Below, piece after piece: positions 24,222 to 34,267 of a DNA stretch of 64,000 nt. Within the stretch, counting starts at the first letter, position 1; each line of letters opens with the position of its first letter. The DNA comes from Nitrospirota bacterium (GTDB taxonomy: Bacteria > Nitrospirota > Thermodesulfovibrionia > Thermodesulfovibrionales > JdFR-86), in assembly GCA_963721805.1 (NCBI GenBank), contig CAVRJY010000002.1, positions 320,001 to 384,000 of the forward strand, written 5' to 3'. The notes under the pieces are model-generated. The model had not been told where the DNA came from, made no database searches, and worked only from the letters and a program-made list of their open reading frames with translations. The translations under genes and the position numbers were made by a program.

Positions 24222-27200
24222 ATGAAACACACAGGAATCAAAGGAAGCCGAGGAATCCTTTATCTCATCGGGGGGCTATTGGTAATCTGTTGCGCGGTCA
24301 TGGCCGGTCCGGCGCCCGCAATGGCACAAAATGTGCTCACAGGCATCTTCGAGCTCGACGGCAACTCCTATGACGACCCGGCGGTTGCCGGCGAGGACTT
24401 CGACACGATCTGGAACGCGTATAACGGCACGGGGACGACGGATGCCCTGAAGTACGTCTTCATCCCGGACTTTAACACGCCTGACTCAAGCTATTTCGCC
24501 TCGGGGCCCAAGGACACCGACCTGATCAACCCGGTCGCTCCGGCCACGGGGACCCCGCTGCAGTGCGTAACCATAAATAACCCGCTCAACAAAGACGACG
24601 TACTGAGCGCCTATGCGGCCGCATATACAAACACGGGCGGCGACGAGATGGTCGCCTTCGGGGCCGACCGGGGAACGAATAATGGCGACGCCAATTTCGG
24701 GTTCTGGTTTTTCCAGCGGCCCATATCTTGCGACTCATCGGTCAATAACGGCTACTTTAACGGCCACAAGACGGGCGGAGACCTCTTCATCGTAAGCACC
24801 TTCACCCAGGGCGGAGGCGTCTCGACGGTCAGCGTCTATGAATGGACCGACCCCGACGGCATCGCAGAAAACGGGGACGAATGCCTCGCTGACGGGGTCG
24901 ACTGCACGGCGGCCCATAACGGGGTTCCGCTCATCACTGGCAACGACTGCGTGCAATCGGTCGAGACGAGCCAGTACATCTGCGCCACGGTCAATTCACA
25001 GGTTATACAGACCGCATGGCGGCCGAACGTCCTGACCAACATCTTCTACGAAGGGGGGGTGAACCTCACACACCTGATCGGCAATCTGGGATGCTACGCC
25101 TCGTTCATGTCCGAGACGCGCTCTTCGCAGTCCCTGACCGCTACGATCAAGGATTATGCGCTGGGCAAGCTCAGCACGTGCGGCAGCATAACGGCGGTGA
25201 AGACGACGGTCCCTTCCGGTTCGACGCAGGCATTTAACTTCTCCCTGAACCCGGACCCGTATTCCGCTGGCACCCAGTCCCTCTCCGATACACAGCAGTA
25301 CACCTGGGATTCGCTCAAGAAAGGGACATATACCCTTAGTGAGGCTGCGGCTACCGGCTGGGACCTGACCGCTATAGATTGCGGCGACAAGGTTGCCACG
25401 ACCGACCTGACCGCGGGGACCGCGGCCCTGGACCTCGCTCCGAACGAAGACATCGTCTGTACCTTCACCAATACGAAGCGCGGCCAGATCATTATCGAGA
25501 AGAAGACCGTGGGCGCGGACGGAGACTTCGACTTCACAAGCGCAAAGCTCGGAGACTTCAACCTCTCGACGAACAGCAACGATGCGACGCGGACCTTCGG
25601 CAACCTCCTGCCCGGCTCATACGCGGTTGCTGAAAGCGTTCCGGCAGGGTGGGACCTCGCCAACGCGACATGCAGCGACGGCGACGACCCCGGCTCGATT
25701 ACCCTCGTAGCCGGGCAATCCGTCACCTGCACCTTTACGAACGTCAAGAAGCCGCAGATAACCATTACACCGTCCGCGTACAACGAGGTGGGCACTTCGC
25801 ACACCTTCACCGTGACGGTATCGCAGGGGGCAAACGGCCTATCCGGCATCAAGCCGGCCGTCGCCTTCAGCCCTTCGAACCCCGGCTCGGTGACCGACAA
25901 CTGCGCCTCCACCGGCACCAACTCGAGCGGGCAGTGCACCGTCCTGATCAACAGCACGACGGCGGGGACGTTCAGCGCCTCTGCCTCGGCCTCGTTCAGC
26001 ATCAGCGGCGTCAGCTATAGTATCTCCACTAACGGCACCGGCTCCAACAGCGGCCCTGCGGTGAAGACATACGTGGACGGCGGCATCGCGCTGAGCCCGC
26101 TAACGGCCACGAACGCCGTGGGCCGCGTCCATACGATCACCGCTGAGACGTTCATCAACAACGGCACGACCGCTGAAACGCCGGCGGCCGGTGTCACGGT
26201 GAACTTCAGCCTCTCGAACAACACGGCGGGTGCGACCTTTACCGGCAACAACTACTGCGTCTCTAACGCCACCGGCTATTGCTCGGTACAGATCACCTCT
26301 TCTAACCCCGGCACCGTGACGATCAACGCATCCACGACATTAAACGTAGGAGGCGTTACGTTTACCCGCGCGACCAACGGGAATGCCGGGCCCAACGGCA
26401 CCGGGCCGGCAGTGAAGAATTACGTCAATGCGCGTATCAGCATCGGCAACACGGCCACGAACCTGGCGGGCACTCAGCATACCTTCACCGTTACGGTTGA
26501 GGAGGATAACGGCAGCGGGTTTGCGGGCCTCTCCGGCGTTAACCCGGCCGTCGCCTTCAGCCCAACCAACCCGGGCTCGGTGACCGACAACTGCGCCGCG
26601 ACCGGCACGAATTCAAGCGGTCAGTGCACGGTCGTGATAAACAATACGCTGGCCGGGACGTTTTCGGCCTCCGCCTCGCTGACAATCAGCGGCATTAACC
26701 TCACGATCTCCACCAACGGCATCGCGCCCAACAGCGGTCCGGCGGTGAAGACATACGTGGACGGCGGCATAGCGCTCAGCCCGCTTACGGCCACGGACCC
26801 TGTTGGACATGCACATACGATCACGGCCGAGGTCTATGCTGACAACGGCACGACGGTTGAAACGCCGGCGGCTGGCGTCACCGTGACCTTCAGCCTCTCC
26901 AGCAACACTGCTGGCGCCAGCTTTGTCGGCGGCAACAACACCTGCATATCCAACACCAGCGGGTTTTGCTCGGTACAGATCAACTCCACGGCCCCCGGCG
27001 GCGTTGTGATCAACGCCTCGGCGACGCTTACCGTAGGCGGCGTCACGTTCACGCGTGCGACCAACGGCAACGCCGGGCCTAACGGCACCGGACCGGCCTC
27101 GAAGACCTACGTTGCGGGCCAGATCGTCATCCAGAAGGTGACCAACCCGTCCGGCGACCCTCAGCTCTTCACCTTCACGCCGAGCTACGGGAGCCAGTTC

Positions 27201-28184
27201 ACCCTGACGGGCGGAACTTCCGCCAACAGCGGCTATATCGCACCCGGAACCTACTCGGTCAGCGAAACCGCGGTTACGGGCTGGGACCTGACGGGCGCGA
27301 CCTGCGACAACGGAAACAGTCCGGCGTCGATCACCGTCAGCTCGGGCAGCGTCATTACGTGCACCTTCACCAATACCAAGCGCGGTACGGTGAGCGTGAC
27401 CAAAACCCTGTCGGGGACGACGCCCGGTCAGGGGTTCACCTTCGAGATCAGGACCGGGGCGTCTGTTTCATCGCTGGGGACGATACTCGTCTCTGACGTG
27501 ACCGACGCAAGCGGGCTTGCGGATTTCGGCGGCACGCTGTTCGTTCCCGGGACGTATCAGTTCTGTGAAGACAACATGGCGGCCGGCTTCCACTCGTCCC
27601 TCTCGGACGACACCTCGTCGTTCGTACCTGGCGGCACGGACAATAGCGCGGTATGCGTGAACTTCACCCTTGACCCAGGAGAGGCCCAGACCTTTACGGT
27701 CAACGACACGCCGCCTCCTGGCGGGGACGCCCGCACTATCGGATACTGGAAGAACTGGGGCTCGTGCAGCAGCGGAGGGAAGCGCACGACGCTTGACGGC
27801 ACGCTGAGCGGCTTCCCGATCGCGGCCGGACAGACCACGAACGGGGTCTTCGTCGGCAAGCTCTACGTCGATACGTGCCTGGAAGCCGTCGACATCCTGG
27901 CCAAGTCCACCGTGACTTCGCCGCCCAAGAACATGGCCTCGGACGCCGCCTACAACCTCGCAGCACAGCTGCTTGCGGCGGACCTGAACATCCAGGCCGG
28001 GGCGGGCTCGTGCGCTGCCGCGACATCCGCGATCACTCAGGGGCAGGCGCTTCTGACGAGCATCAACTTCAGGGGCACGACGGGTTACCTGCCCGCGAAG
28101 GCGAAGAACAAGGCCGTGCGGAACCATGCGCTGTCGCTTGCAAACACGCTGGATCTGTATAACAACAACGAGCTCTGCCAGTAA
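24222..28184 (+). CDS. Large secreted/surface protein with repeated Ig-like (SpaA/prealbumin-like and Big-like) domains
   Basis: Signal peptide ending AMA-Q; T/S/G/N-rich; repeated GWDL..C..CTFTN.K units; internal duplication. Confidence 0.85.
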   Translation: MKHTGIKGSRGILYLIGGLLVICCAVMAGPAPAMAQNVLTGIFELDGNSYDDPAVAGEDFDTIWNAYNGTGTTDALKYVFIPDFNTPDSSYFASGPKDTDLINPVAPATGTPLQCVTINNPLNKDDVLSAYAAAYTNTGGDEMVAFGADRGTNNGDANFGFWFFQRPISCDSSVNNGYFNGHKTGGDLFIVSTFTQGGGVSTVSVYEWTDPDGIAENGDECLADGVDCTAAHNGVPLITGNDCVQSVETSQYICATVNSQVIQTAWRPNVLTNIFYEGGVNLTHLIGNLGCYASFMSETRSSQSLTATIKDYALGKLSTCGSITAVKTTVPSGSTQAFNFSLNPDPYSAGTQSLSDTQQYTWDSLKKGTYTLSEAAATGWDLTAIDCGDKVATTDLTAGTAALDLAPNEDIVCTFTNTKRGQIIIEKKTVGADGDFDFTSAKLGDFNLSTNSNDATRTFGNLLPGSYAVAESVPAGWDLANATCSDGDDPGSITLVAGQSVTCTFTNVKKPQITITPSAYNEVGTSHTFTVTVSQGANGLSGIKPAVAFSPSNPGSVTDNCASTGTNSSGQCTVLINSTTAGTFSASASASFSISGVSYSISTNGTGSNSGPAVKTYVDGGIALSPLTATNAVGRVHTITAETFINNGTTAETPAAGVTVNFSLSNNTAGATFTGNNYCVSNATGYCSVQITSSNPGTVTINASTTLNVGGVTFTRATNGNAGPNGTGPAVKNYVNARISIGNTATNLAGTQHTFTVTVEEDNGSGFAGLSGVNPAVAFSPTNPGSVTDNCAATGTNSSGQCTVVINNTLAGTFSASASLTISGINLTISTNGIAPNSGPAVKTYVDGGIALSPLTATDPVGHAHTITAEVYADNGTTVETPAAGVTVTFSLSSNTAGASFVGGNNTCISNTSGFCSVQINSTAPGGVVINASATLTVGGVTFTRATNGNAGPNGTGPASKTYVAGQIVIQKVTNPSGDPQLFTFTPSYGSQFTLTGGTSANSGYIAPGTYSVSETAVTGWDLTGATCDNGNSPASITVSSGSVITCTFTNTKRGTVSVTKTLSGTTPGQGFTFEIRTGASVSSLGTILVSDVTDASGLADFGGTLFVPGTYQFCEDNMAAGFHSSLSDDTSSFVPGGTDNSAVCVNFTLDPGEAQTFTVNDTPPPGGDARTIGYWKNWGSCSSGGKRTTLDGTLSGFPIAAGQTTNGVFVGKLYVDTCLEAVDILAKSTVTSPPKNMASDAAYNLAAQLLAADLNIQAGAGSCAAATSAITQGQALLTSINFRGTTGYLPAKAKNKAVRNHALSLANTLDLYNNNELCQ
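25760..27112 (+). repeat. Intragenic tandem duplication of a two-domain unit (period about 685 bp; boundaries approximate)
   Basis: CCCGGCTCGGTGACCGACAACTGCGCC and GGTGAAGACATACGTGGACGGCGGCAT each occur twice. Confidence 0.8.
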
Positions 28185-28205
28185 GGGGTTCGGACAGCTT
28201 CAGGG

Positions 28206-28238
28206 AAAGGGGGCCAACGCCGTTGGCCCCCTTTTTTT
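28206..28238 (+). terminator. Rho-independent, probably bidirectional terminator
   Basis: AAAGGGGGCCAAC-GCC-GTTGGCCCCCTTTTTTT between convergent genes. Confidence 0.9.
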
Positions 28239-28272
28239 GTAGCGTTTGGCTGTCAGGCGTTTCAGGCCTGCG

Positions 28273-29519
28273 TCAGTTTCTGCTGTTGGTACTTTCGCCC
28301 TCGTATTGGAGGAGCCCTTTGTACCGCGTTCCGTCCTCATATTTTGCGAATACCCTGATGCTTCCGGGGCTTATCACGGCATCGCCTTCGAACCGGTCGG
28401 CGACCTTGCGCAAATGAATTTCTCTCCCCCGCTTTCCACGACTATATCCTTCGCACCCGGCGCCCTGAGCTCGAATCTCGTCGCTATGGAAGCCGGGAGA
28501 CCGTAGCTCATGGGGCTGAACAGCCGCACCCTCATCGGAGCGAAGGCGCCAAAGGTCTTCGGCAGGCCATCGCCCGTCCCGGCGTTGCCATCTGACTCGA
28601 TCCGGTACTCGAGCGCCTCGGCGTAGCTGGCGGCCTCGCCGGATTGCTTGGCGAATACGCGCAATGTATATTCGCCCTTAGCGGGCGCAAGGGCGTATAC
28701 GCGCACGACCCCCGCCTCCCGCTGTATGAAGATATCGGACCCCTTTACGGGGCGCCCGCCATCCTGTAAAAGGTCCGCTGTCATGATCGTGCCTTCCGGG
28801 GCGGAAAAATCGACCTTGACCAGACCGTCCGTCCGGATAACGGCCTCGCCGCTGCCCATCACCCGGAGCCCGTTTTTAAAATATGCAGGCAATAGGTTCA
28901 CGAGCTTGCAGAACTCGGCCTTTGAAACTGGCGTTGCAAGGAGCTGCCACTTCGGGTCGTCCGGCAGATGGTCGAAGATAAACTCCTCCGGCGGGGTGAG
29001 GAAGTAATGCTCTTCATAGGCCCTTACGAAGTTCAAGCCGCCGTCCAGATACCCGGCCCCCCATGTCGTATCGAGCAGCATCCACCTGCCATCGATCTTC
29101 ACGGCGTTCCACGCGTGGTTGGGCTTGCTGATGTTGCTTTTGCCAGGGACGTACTCGTAGCCTCTTGAGTACCCCCGGATCCGCACCGCTTCAAGGCCGG
29201 CGGCGTTTGCCATCGCACAAAAGAGACCCGCATACCCTGAGCATACCGCCTGGCGGCCCTGCAGTACACGCCCGGGCGGGAGGTCGCAATACCTGCCGGA
29301 TCTGAGGCCGTCGGCATCATAGTCAATGTTCGCCGTTATCCAGCGGTAGATGGCCAGCGCCTTGGCCCTGTCCCCGTCTAATCCCGCGACGAGGCTCTTT
29401 GCCAGGGCGTCAACCTGCGGATCGTCCGCCGATAGAGCCGTGGACGGTGTCGCCGATATCATGCAGGCGCAAATTATGGCGGTTGCCAGCAATGCCCTGA
29501 GCCGAAACGGTTTCGTCAT
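28273..29519 (-). CDS. Secreted transglutaminase-like (KY/CYK3-type) protein with a frameshift near 28415
   Basis: AVCSGYA, NHAWNAV, LLDTTWGAG Cys-His-Asp motifs; signal peptide from ATG29519; the shifted frame continues LRKVADRFEGD..YKGLLQY to TGA28273. Confidence 0.8.
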
Positions 29520-29752
29520 ATGCGTTCGATATGCTTCAGATGATCGTCCTCCCCAGGAAAATCCATCAGGCAATTGTGCCTTATTTATTGTAAGCGTAGG
29601 GACCGGCCCTAATGCAAATAGGGAAAACTTATAGGCGGGCGTCGAGCTATGGGATTTGCCTGTGTCAGAGCGGCAGGAGACAGATTGCGGCGGCCTGCCT
29701 TGCAAGCGCGCGGTCTATGCATTTTCCCCATCATGCTGTAAAATAACCGAAT

Positions 29753-31141
29753 ATGCCAAAGCCGACTCCAAGCAAAAGGGGTTTGAAGGCCCCTCTCACT
29801 CATGATGCGCCCTCGCGCGCCAAGGCCCCGGCGGAAGACAGCGATAATGCTCTGGGGCCGCAGGCGAGGCTGGCGCGCCTGACGCGGTTTTATTCCGTCT
29901 TAAGCGGGGTCAACGAGGCTATAGTCCGGGTCCGCGATCCCCAGCAGCTCTATACAAAGGTCTGCCGCATCATAGTGGAGCAGGGCGCGTTTACCCTCGC
30001 CTGGATCGGGCTTCTGGAGCCGGAGTCGCGCGAAGTCAGGCAGGCGGCGAGTTACGGCAGGACGGATTATCTCGACGGCATCAGGATCGTAGCAGCGGAC
30101 GTCCCTGAGGGCCGGGGGCCGACCGGCCGCGCCGTCGCCGAGGCCCGGGAGTTCATCTGCAGCGATATCATGGAAGACCCGCTTATGCTGCCCTGGCGGC
30201 AGCGCGCCATTTCCCACGGGCTCCGTTCCTCGGCGTCCTTCCCCCTGCGCATCGGTTCCGAGGCGGTCGGCGCACTGACCATATATTCCGCGATGCCATG
30301 CTTCTTCAGCGACGAGGAGATGGCGCTCCTTTTCTCGCTGGCCGAGGACATCTCCCTGGCGATAGCGTTCATCGAGACCGAGCGCAAGCGCAAGGAGGCG
30401 GAAGACGGCCTCAGGCAGCTAAACGAAGAACTTGAGCGGCGGGTGCTGCAAAGGACGGTCGAGCTTGAGTCCGTCAACAGGGAGCTCGACGCCTTCAGCC
30501 AGTCCGTCGCGCATGACTTGCGCGCACCCCTCCGTTTCATCGACGGCTTCTCGAATATATTGCTGGAAGATCACTCCACGGCCCTGAACGAGGATGGCAG
30601 GAAGCTGCTCTCGTCGATTCGCGGCCATGCCGGCAGGATGGATGAACTCATAAGCGCGCTGCTGTCGCTTGCGCGAGCGGGCCGCCAGGCAATCTCCCTT
30701 TCCCCTCTTGATATGAAATGGCTGGCGGAGTGCGCCTTCGATGAACTGAAGGCTGTTGATCCCTCGAGGGAGGTCCGGTTTATCGCCAAGGCCGTTCCGT
30801 CCGTCAAGGGCGACCTGGTCCTGATCCGGCAGGTTCTTTTCAACCTCATGGGCAATGCCTGGAAGTTCACCTCCAAGCTAAAGGACGCCGTCATAGAATT
30901 CGGGGCCCTTCAGAAGGGCGGCCTGCCCGCCTATTACGTCAGGGACAACGGGGCGGGATTCGACCCCGCGCACGCCGACAGGCTGTTTAAGCCCTTCCAG
31001 CGGTGTCACTCTGACATTGAGTTTGAGGGCACCGGCATAGGCCTGGCTATCGTCGAGCGGATCGTATTGCGTCACGGCGGCAGGGTATGGGCCGAGGGCG
31101 AGACGGGCAGAGGGGCGACCTTCTTTTTCTCATTAGGCTGA
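29753..31141 (+). CDS. GAF-domain sensor histidine kinase
   Basis: GAF; VAHDLRAPL H-box; NLMGNAWKF, DNGAGF, GTGIGL. Confidence 0.93.
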   Translation: MPKPTPSKRGLKAPLTHDAPSRAKAPAEDSDNALGPQARLARLTRFYSVLSGVNEAIVRVRDPQQLYTKVCRIIVEQGAFTLAWIGLLEPESREVRQAASYGRTDYLDGIRIVAADVPEGRGPTGRAVAEAREFICSDIMEDPLMLPWRQRAISHGLRSSASFPLRIGSEAVGALTIYSAMPCFFSDEEMALLFSLAEDISLAIAFIETERKRKEAEDGLRQLNEELERRVLQRTVELESVNRELDAFSQSVAHDLRAPLRFIDGFSNILLEDHSTALNEDGRKLLSSIRGHAGRMDELISALLSLARAGRQAISLSPLDMKWLAECAFDELKAVDPSREVRFIAKAVPSVKGDLVLIRQVLFNLMGNAWKFTSKLKDAVIEFGALQKGGLPAYYVRDNGAGFDPAHADRLFKPFQRCHSDIEFEGTGIGLAIVERIVLRHGGRVWAEGETGRGATFFFSLG

Positions 31142-31389
31142 TAAATACCGGATACCGCGGAATCGGCCGCGTTTGACCGTGGCTTGCCCGCAGGCCGCCT
31201 TACCGCCCCCCGATCCAGCTGTTTTCCCTCTGATTTCGGCTTTTCCTGGTAACCCTAAATTTAGCTATTATATTTTTTTATCTTATGATTTATAATAAGG
31301 AGGTTTTGCCACGGCACGGGGAGGCATCTGAGAGACGGCCCCATGCGGCATTGTATACTAAAATATACGATCTCCATTAAGGAGGAACG

Positions 31390-32274
31390 ATGGGCGGCAA
31401 GGTGCTTGTGGTGGACGACGACGCGGTCGTCTTAAGGAGCTGCGAGAAGATCTTAAAGACCGAGGGCTACGAGGTCCGCCTGACCTCCTCGCCCAAAGAG
31501 GGTCTTGCGATACTGGGCGCTGAGTCCTTCGACGCCCTGATAACCGACATCAAGATGCCCGAGATGGACGGCATAGAGCTGATCCGCAAGGTGCGCTCCC
31601 AGCCGGGCTCCTCGGACGTGGGCATCATCCTCATCACCGGCTTCCCGTCACAGGAAAACATCCGCGAGGCCCTGAAGCTCGGCATCGTGGACTACCTGCC
31701 CAAGCCGTTCTCCCCAGCCCTCCTGCTTGAGGTCGCGGCGCGCGCCATCAAGGGCGCGTCCGCCCAGCCCGAGGAGCCGCAGGAGCAGGACAAGGCCGAG
31801 GCCATGATGGGCGAGATCTCAAAGATCATCCAGCAGTACAAGGGCAGGCCCGGAAGCCTCCTGCCGGTGCTCCATGCGGTCAAGACCCTCGTAGGTGACC
31901 TCACTCCGGTGGTCCAGCGCTACATAGCGCGCGGGATGAACCTGCCGGTGAGCGAGGTCTACGGCGTCGTGTCTTTCTACCCCTCGTTCTCGGGCAAGCG
32001 CAGCGCGCGAGATAGCAAGCCCAAGGGCAAAAACCACGTCAAGGTCTGCATCGGCCCCGCGTGCGTGGTCAAGCGCTCCGAGGAGATAGTAGAGCGGATC
32101 AAGGACATCCTCGGCATAGACCTGGGCGAGATCACGCCGGATAAGTCCTTCTCTCTGGAGGCGGTCAAGTGCCTCGGGATGTGCGGCCTGGCCCCGGTGG
32201 TCGTAGTCGGCAAGGAGACCCACGGCGGCATAACCGCGGCGGACGCCGAGGCCGTGATCGGGCAGTACCGCTGA
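31390..32274 (+). CDS. Receiver domain fused to a NuoE/HoxE-like [2Fe-2S] subunit
   Basis: VVDDD, ITDIKMP, ITG, KPF followed by VYGVVSFY, CIGPAC, CLGMC. Confidence 0.9.
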   Translation: MGGKVLVVDDDAVVLRSCEKILKTEGYEVRLTSSPKEGLAILGAESFDALITDIKMPEMDGIELIRKVRSQPGSSDVGIILITGFPSQENIREALKLGIVDYLPKPFSPALLLEVAARAIKGASAQPEEPQEQDKAEAMMGEISKIIQQYKGRPGSLLPVLHAVKTLVGDLTPVVQRYIARGMNLPVSEVYGVVSFYPSFSGKRSARDSKPKGKNHVKVCIGPACVVKRSEEIVERIKDILGIDLGEITPDKSFSLEAVKCLGMCGLAPVVVVGKETHGGITAADAEAVIGQYR

Positions 32275-32310
32275 TATGCGATCCCTAACATTTAATATGG
32301 AGGTCCTTTG

Positions 32311-34221
32311 ATGGCTGAAGGCTACCGTGCGGAACTGATGGTCTGCGGGGGTACGGGCTGTATCTCCGGCGGAGGTCACAAGATAAAGGAAGCCTTTGAC
32401 GCCGAGTTCGCCAAGCGCGGCCTCTCCTCTGACTACCGCGTAGTGCTCTCCGGATGCATCGGCATATGCGGAGACGGCCCGGTCGTGCTCGTCCAGCCCG
32501 AGGGCGTGCTCTATGAGAACGTAAAGCCCGAGGACGCCACTTTGATAGTCGAGGAGCACTTCGTGGGCGGCAAGCCTGTGGAGAAGCTCATGTTCAAGGA
32601 CCCCTCAAAGGCCGGGGCCAAGATACCGCTTATAAAGGATATACCGTACTTCAACCTCCAGACGCCGATGACGCTCCGCAACAGGGGCCATATCGACCCC
32701 GAGAGCATAGACGACTACATCGCCAGAGACGGCTACAAGGCCGTAAAGCGCGCCCTGACAGAGATGGCCCCCCAGGAGATCATCAAGATGATGAAGAACT
32801 CCGGGATGCGCGGCCGCGGCGGCATAGGATATCCCACCGGGCTTAAGTGGGAGATCTGCGGCATGGTCAAGGCCGACCAGAAATATATTATCTGCAACGG
32901 CGACGAGGGCGACCCAGGCGCATACATGGACCGCGGCATCATGGAGAGCGACCCCCACGCGATCATCGAGGGCATGATAATCGGCGGGCGCGCCGTAGGG
33001 GCCACGAAAGGCTATTTCTACGTCAAGGCCGAGCATACTAATCCTATCGAGCGCGTGACCAAGGCGGTAGAGCAGGCGCGCGAGAGGGGATTCCTGGGCA
33101 AGGACATCCTCGGCAGCGGGTTTGATTTCGATATCGAGATATTTCTCGGGGCCGGGGCATCGGTATGCTCGGAGTACACCGCGCTGCTGCGCGCGATTGA
33201 GGGCAAGCGCGGGATGCCGCGCCCGGTCCCGCCGCTGTCTATCTTCAAGGGCCTCTGGGACAAGCCCACGATGCTCGATAACGTCGAGACCTTCGCGCAC
33301 ATACCGCTCGTGGTGCAAAACGGGCCTGACTGGTTCAGGGAGATGGGGACGATGAAGTCCCCCGGCACGAAGGTCCTGGCGCTCGCCGGATCGCTCGTGA
33401 ACACCGGGCTCGTCGAGGTCCCGATGGGGACACCGCTAAGGAAGATCATCTTCGACATCGGCGGCGGGGTGAAGAAGGGCCGCAAATTTAAAGCAGTCCA
33501 GATGGGCGGCCCGGCCGGGGGGTGCATCCCCGAGAGCCTGCTCGACACGCCTCTCACTTATGAGGACATCCCGACAACCGGCGCTGTAATCGGGGCCGGG
33601 GGCATGGTCGTGATGGACGACCTCAACTGCATGGTCTCGATAGCCAAGTCGTTTATCGAGTTCATTACTGACGAGTCCTGCGGCAAGTGCCCGCCGTGCA
33701 GGATCGGGACGATGGTGATGTATGAGATCTTGCAGGACATCGTCGACGGCAAGGGCAAGCCAGAGGACATATTAAACCTGATAGACCTGGGGGAGGACAT
33801 CTCCGAGACCTCGCTCTGCGGGCTCGGGCAAGCCGCGCCGAACCCGGTGCTCACGACCATACGCCACTTCCGCGAGGAGTACGACGAGCACGTCAACCAG
33901 AAATACTGCCGCGCCGGGGTGTGCAAGGACCTCATAACGTTCTATATAGACGATACCGCGTGCAAGGGCTGCGGCGTATGCGCCCGCGCATGCCCGGTCA
34001 AGGCCATCTCGGGCGAGAAAAAGCAGCCCCACCGAATAGACCAGTCGGTCTGCGCGCGCTGCCGCGGCTGCTACGAGGCCTGCAAGTTCGGGGCGGTGCG
34101 CATAGGGCCGGCCTCGATGAAGGCCGAGCTCATGAAGAAACAGGCCGAGCTGGCCGAGGTCGCAGCGGCCGTCGGGGCCACGGCTGAGCCGGAGAAGCCG
34201 TCAGGGCCGGCGGAGGCATAG
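32311..34221 (+). CDS. NuoF/HydB-like flavoprotein with N-terminal thioredoxin-like 2Fe-2S and C-terminal 2x[4Fe-4S]
   Basis: RGRGG.G.PTG.KW, DEGDPGA, ESCGKCPPCR, SLCGLG, CKGCGVC..CP, CARCRGC..C. Confidence 0.92.
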   Translation: MAEGYRAELMVCGGTGCISGGGHKIKEAFDAEFAKRGLSSDYRVVLSGCIGICGDGPVVLVQPEGVLYENVKPEDATLIVEEHFVGGKPVEKLMFKDPSKAGAKIPLIKDIPYFNLQTPMTLRNRGHIDPESIDDYIARDGYKAVKRALTEMAPQEIIKMMKNSGMRGRGGIGYPTGLKWEICGMVKADQKYIICNGDEGDPGAYMDRGIMESDPHAIIEGMIIGGRAVGATKGYFYVKAEHTNPIERVTKAVEQARERGFLGKDILGSGFDFDIEIFLGAGASVCSEYTALLRAIEGKRGMPRPVPPLSIFKGLWDKPTMLDNVETFAHIPLVVQNGPDWFREMGTMKSPGTKVLALAGSLVNTGLVEVPMGTPLRKIIFDIGGGVKKGRKFKAVQMGGPAGGCIPESLLDTPLTYEDIPTTGAVIGAGGMVVMDDLNCMVSIAKSFIEFITDESCGKCPPCRIGTMVMYEILQDIVDGKGKPEDILNLIDLGEDISETSLCGLGQAAPNPVLTTIRHFREEYDEHVNQKYCRAGVCKDLITFYIDDTACKGCGVCARACPVKAISGEKKQPHRIDQSVCARCRGCYEACKFGAVRIGPASMKAELMKKQAELAEVAAAVGATAEPEKPSGPAEA

Positions 34222-34267
34222 CGGACATTGAGAAAAGTCATTCCGAGCAAGGAGAGAGACACCCGAT

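Noticed and set aside
31280..31389. Possible riboswitch (Moco or other) upstream of REC-nuoE
   Set aside because: Only a weak GC hairpin with no recognisable aptamer consensus; an Rfam scan would be needed
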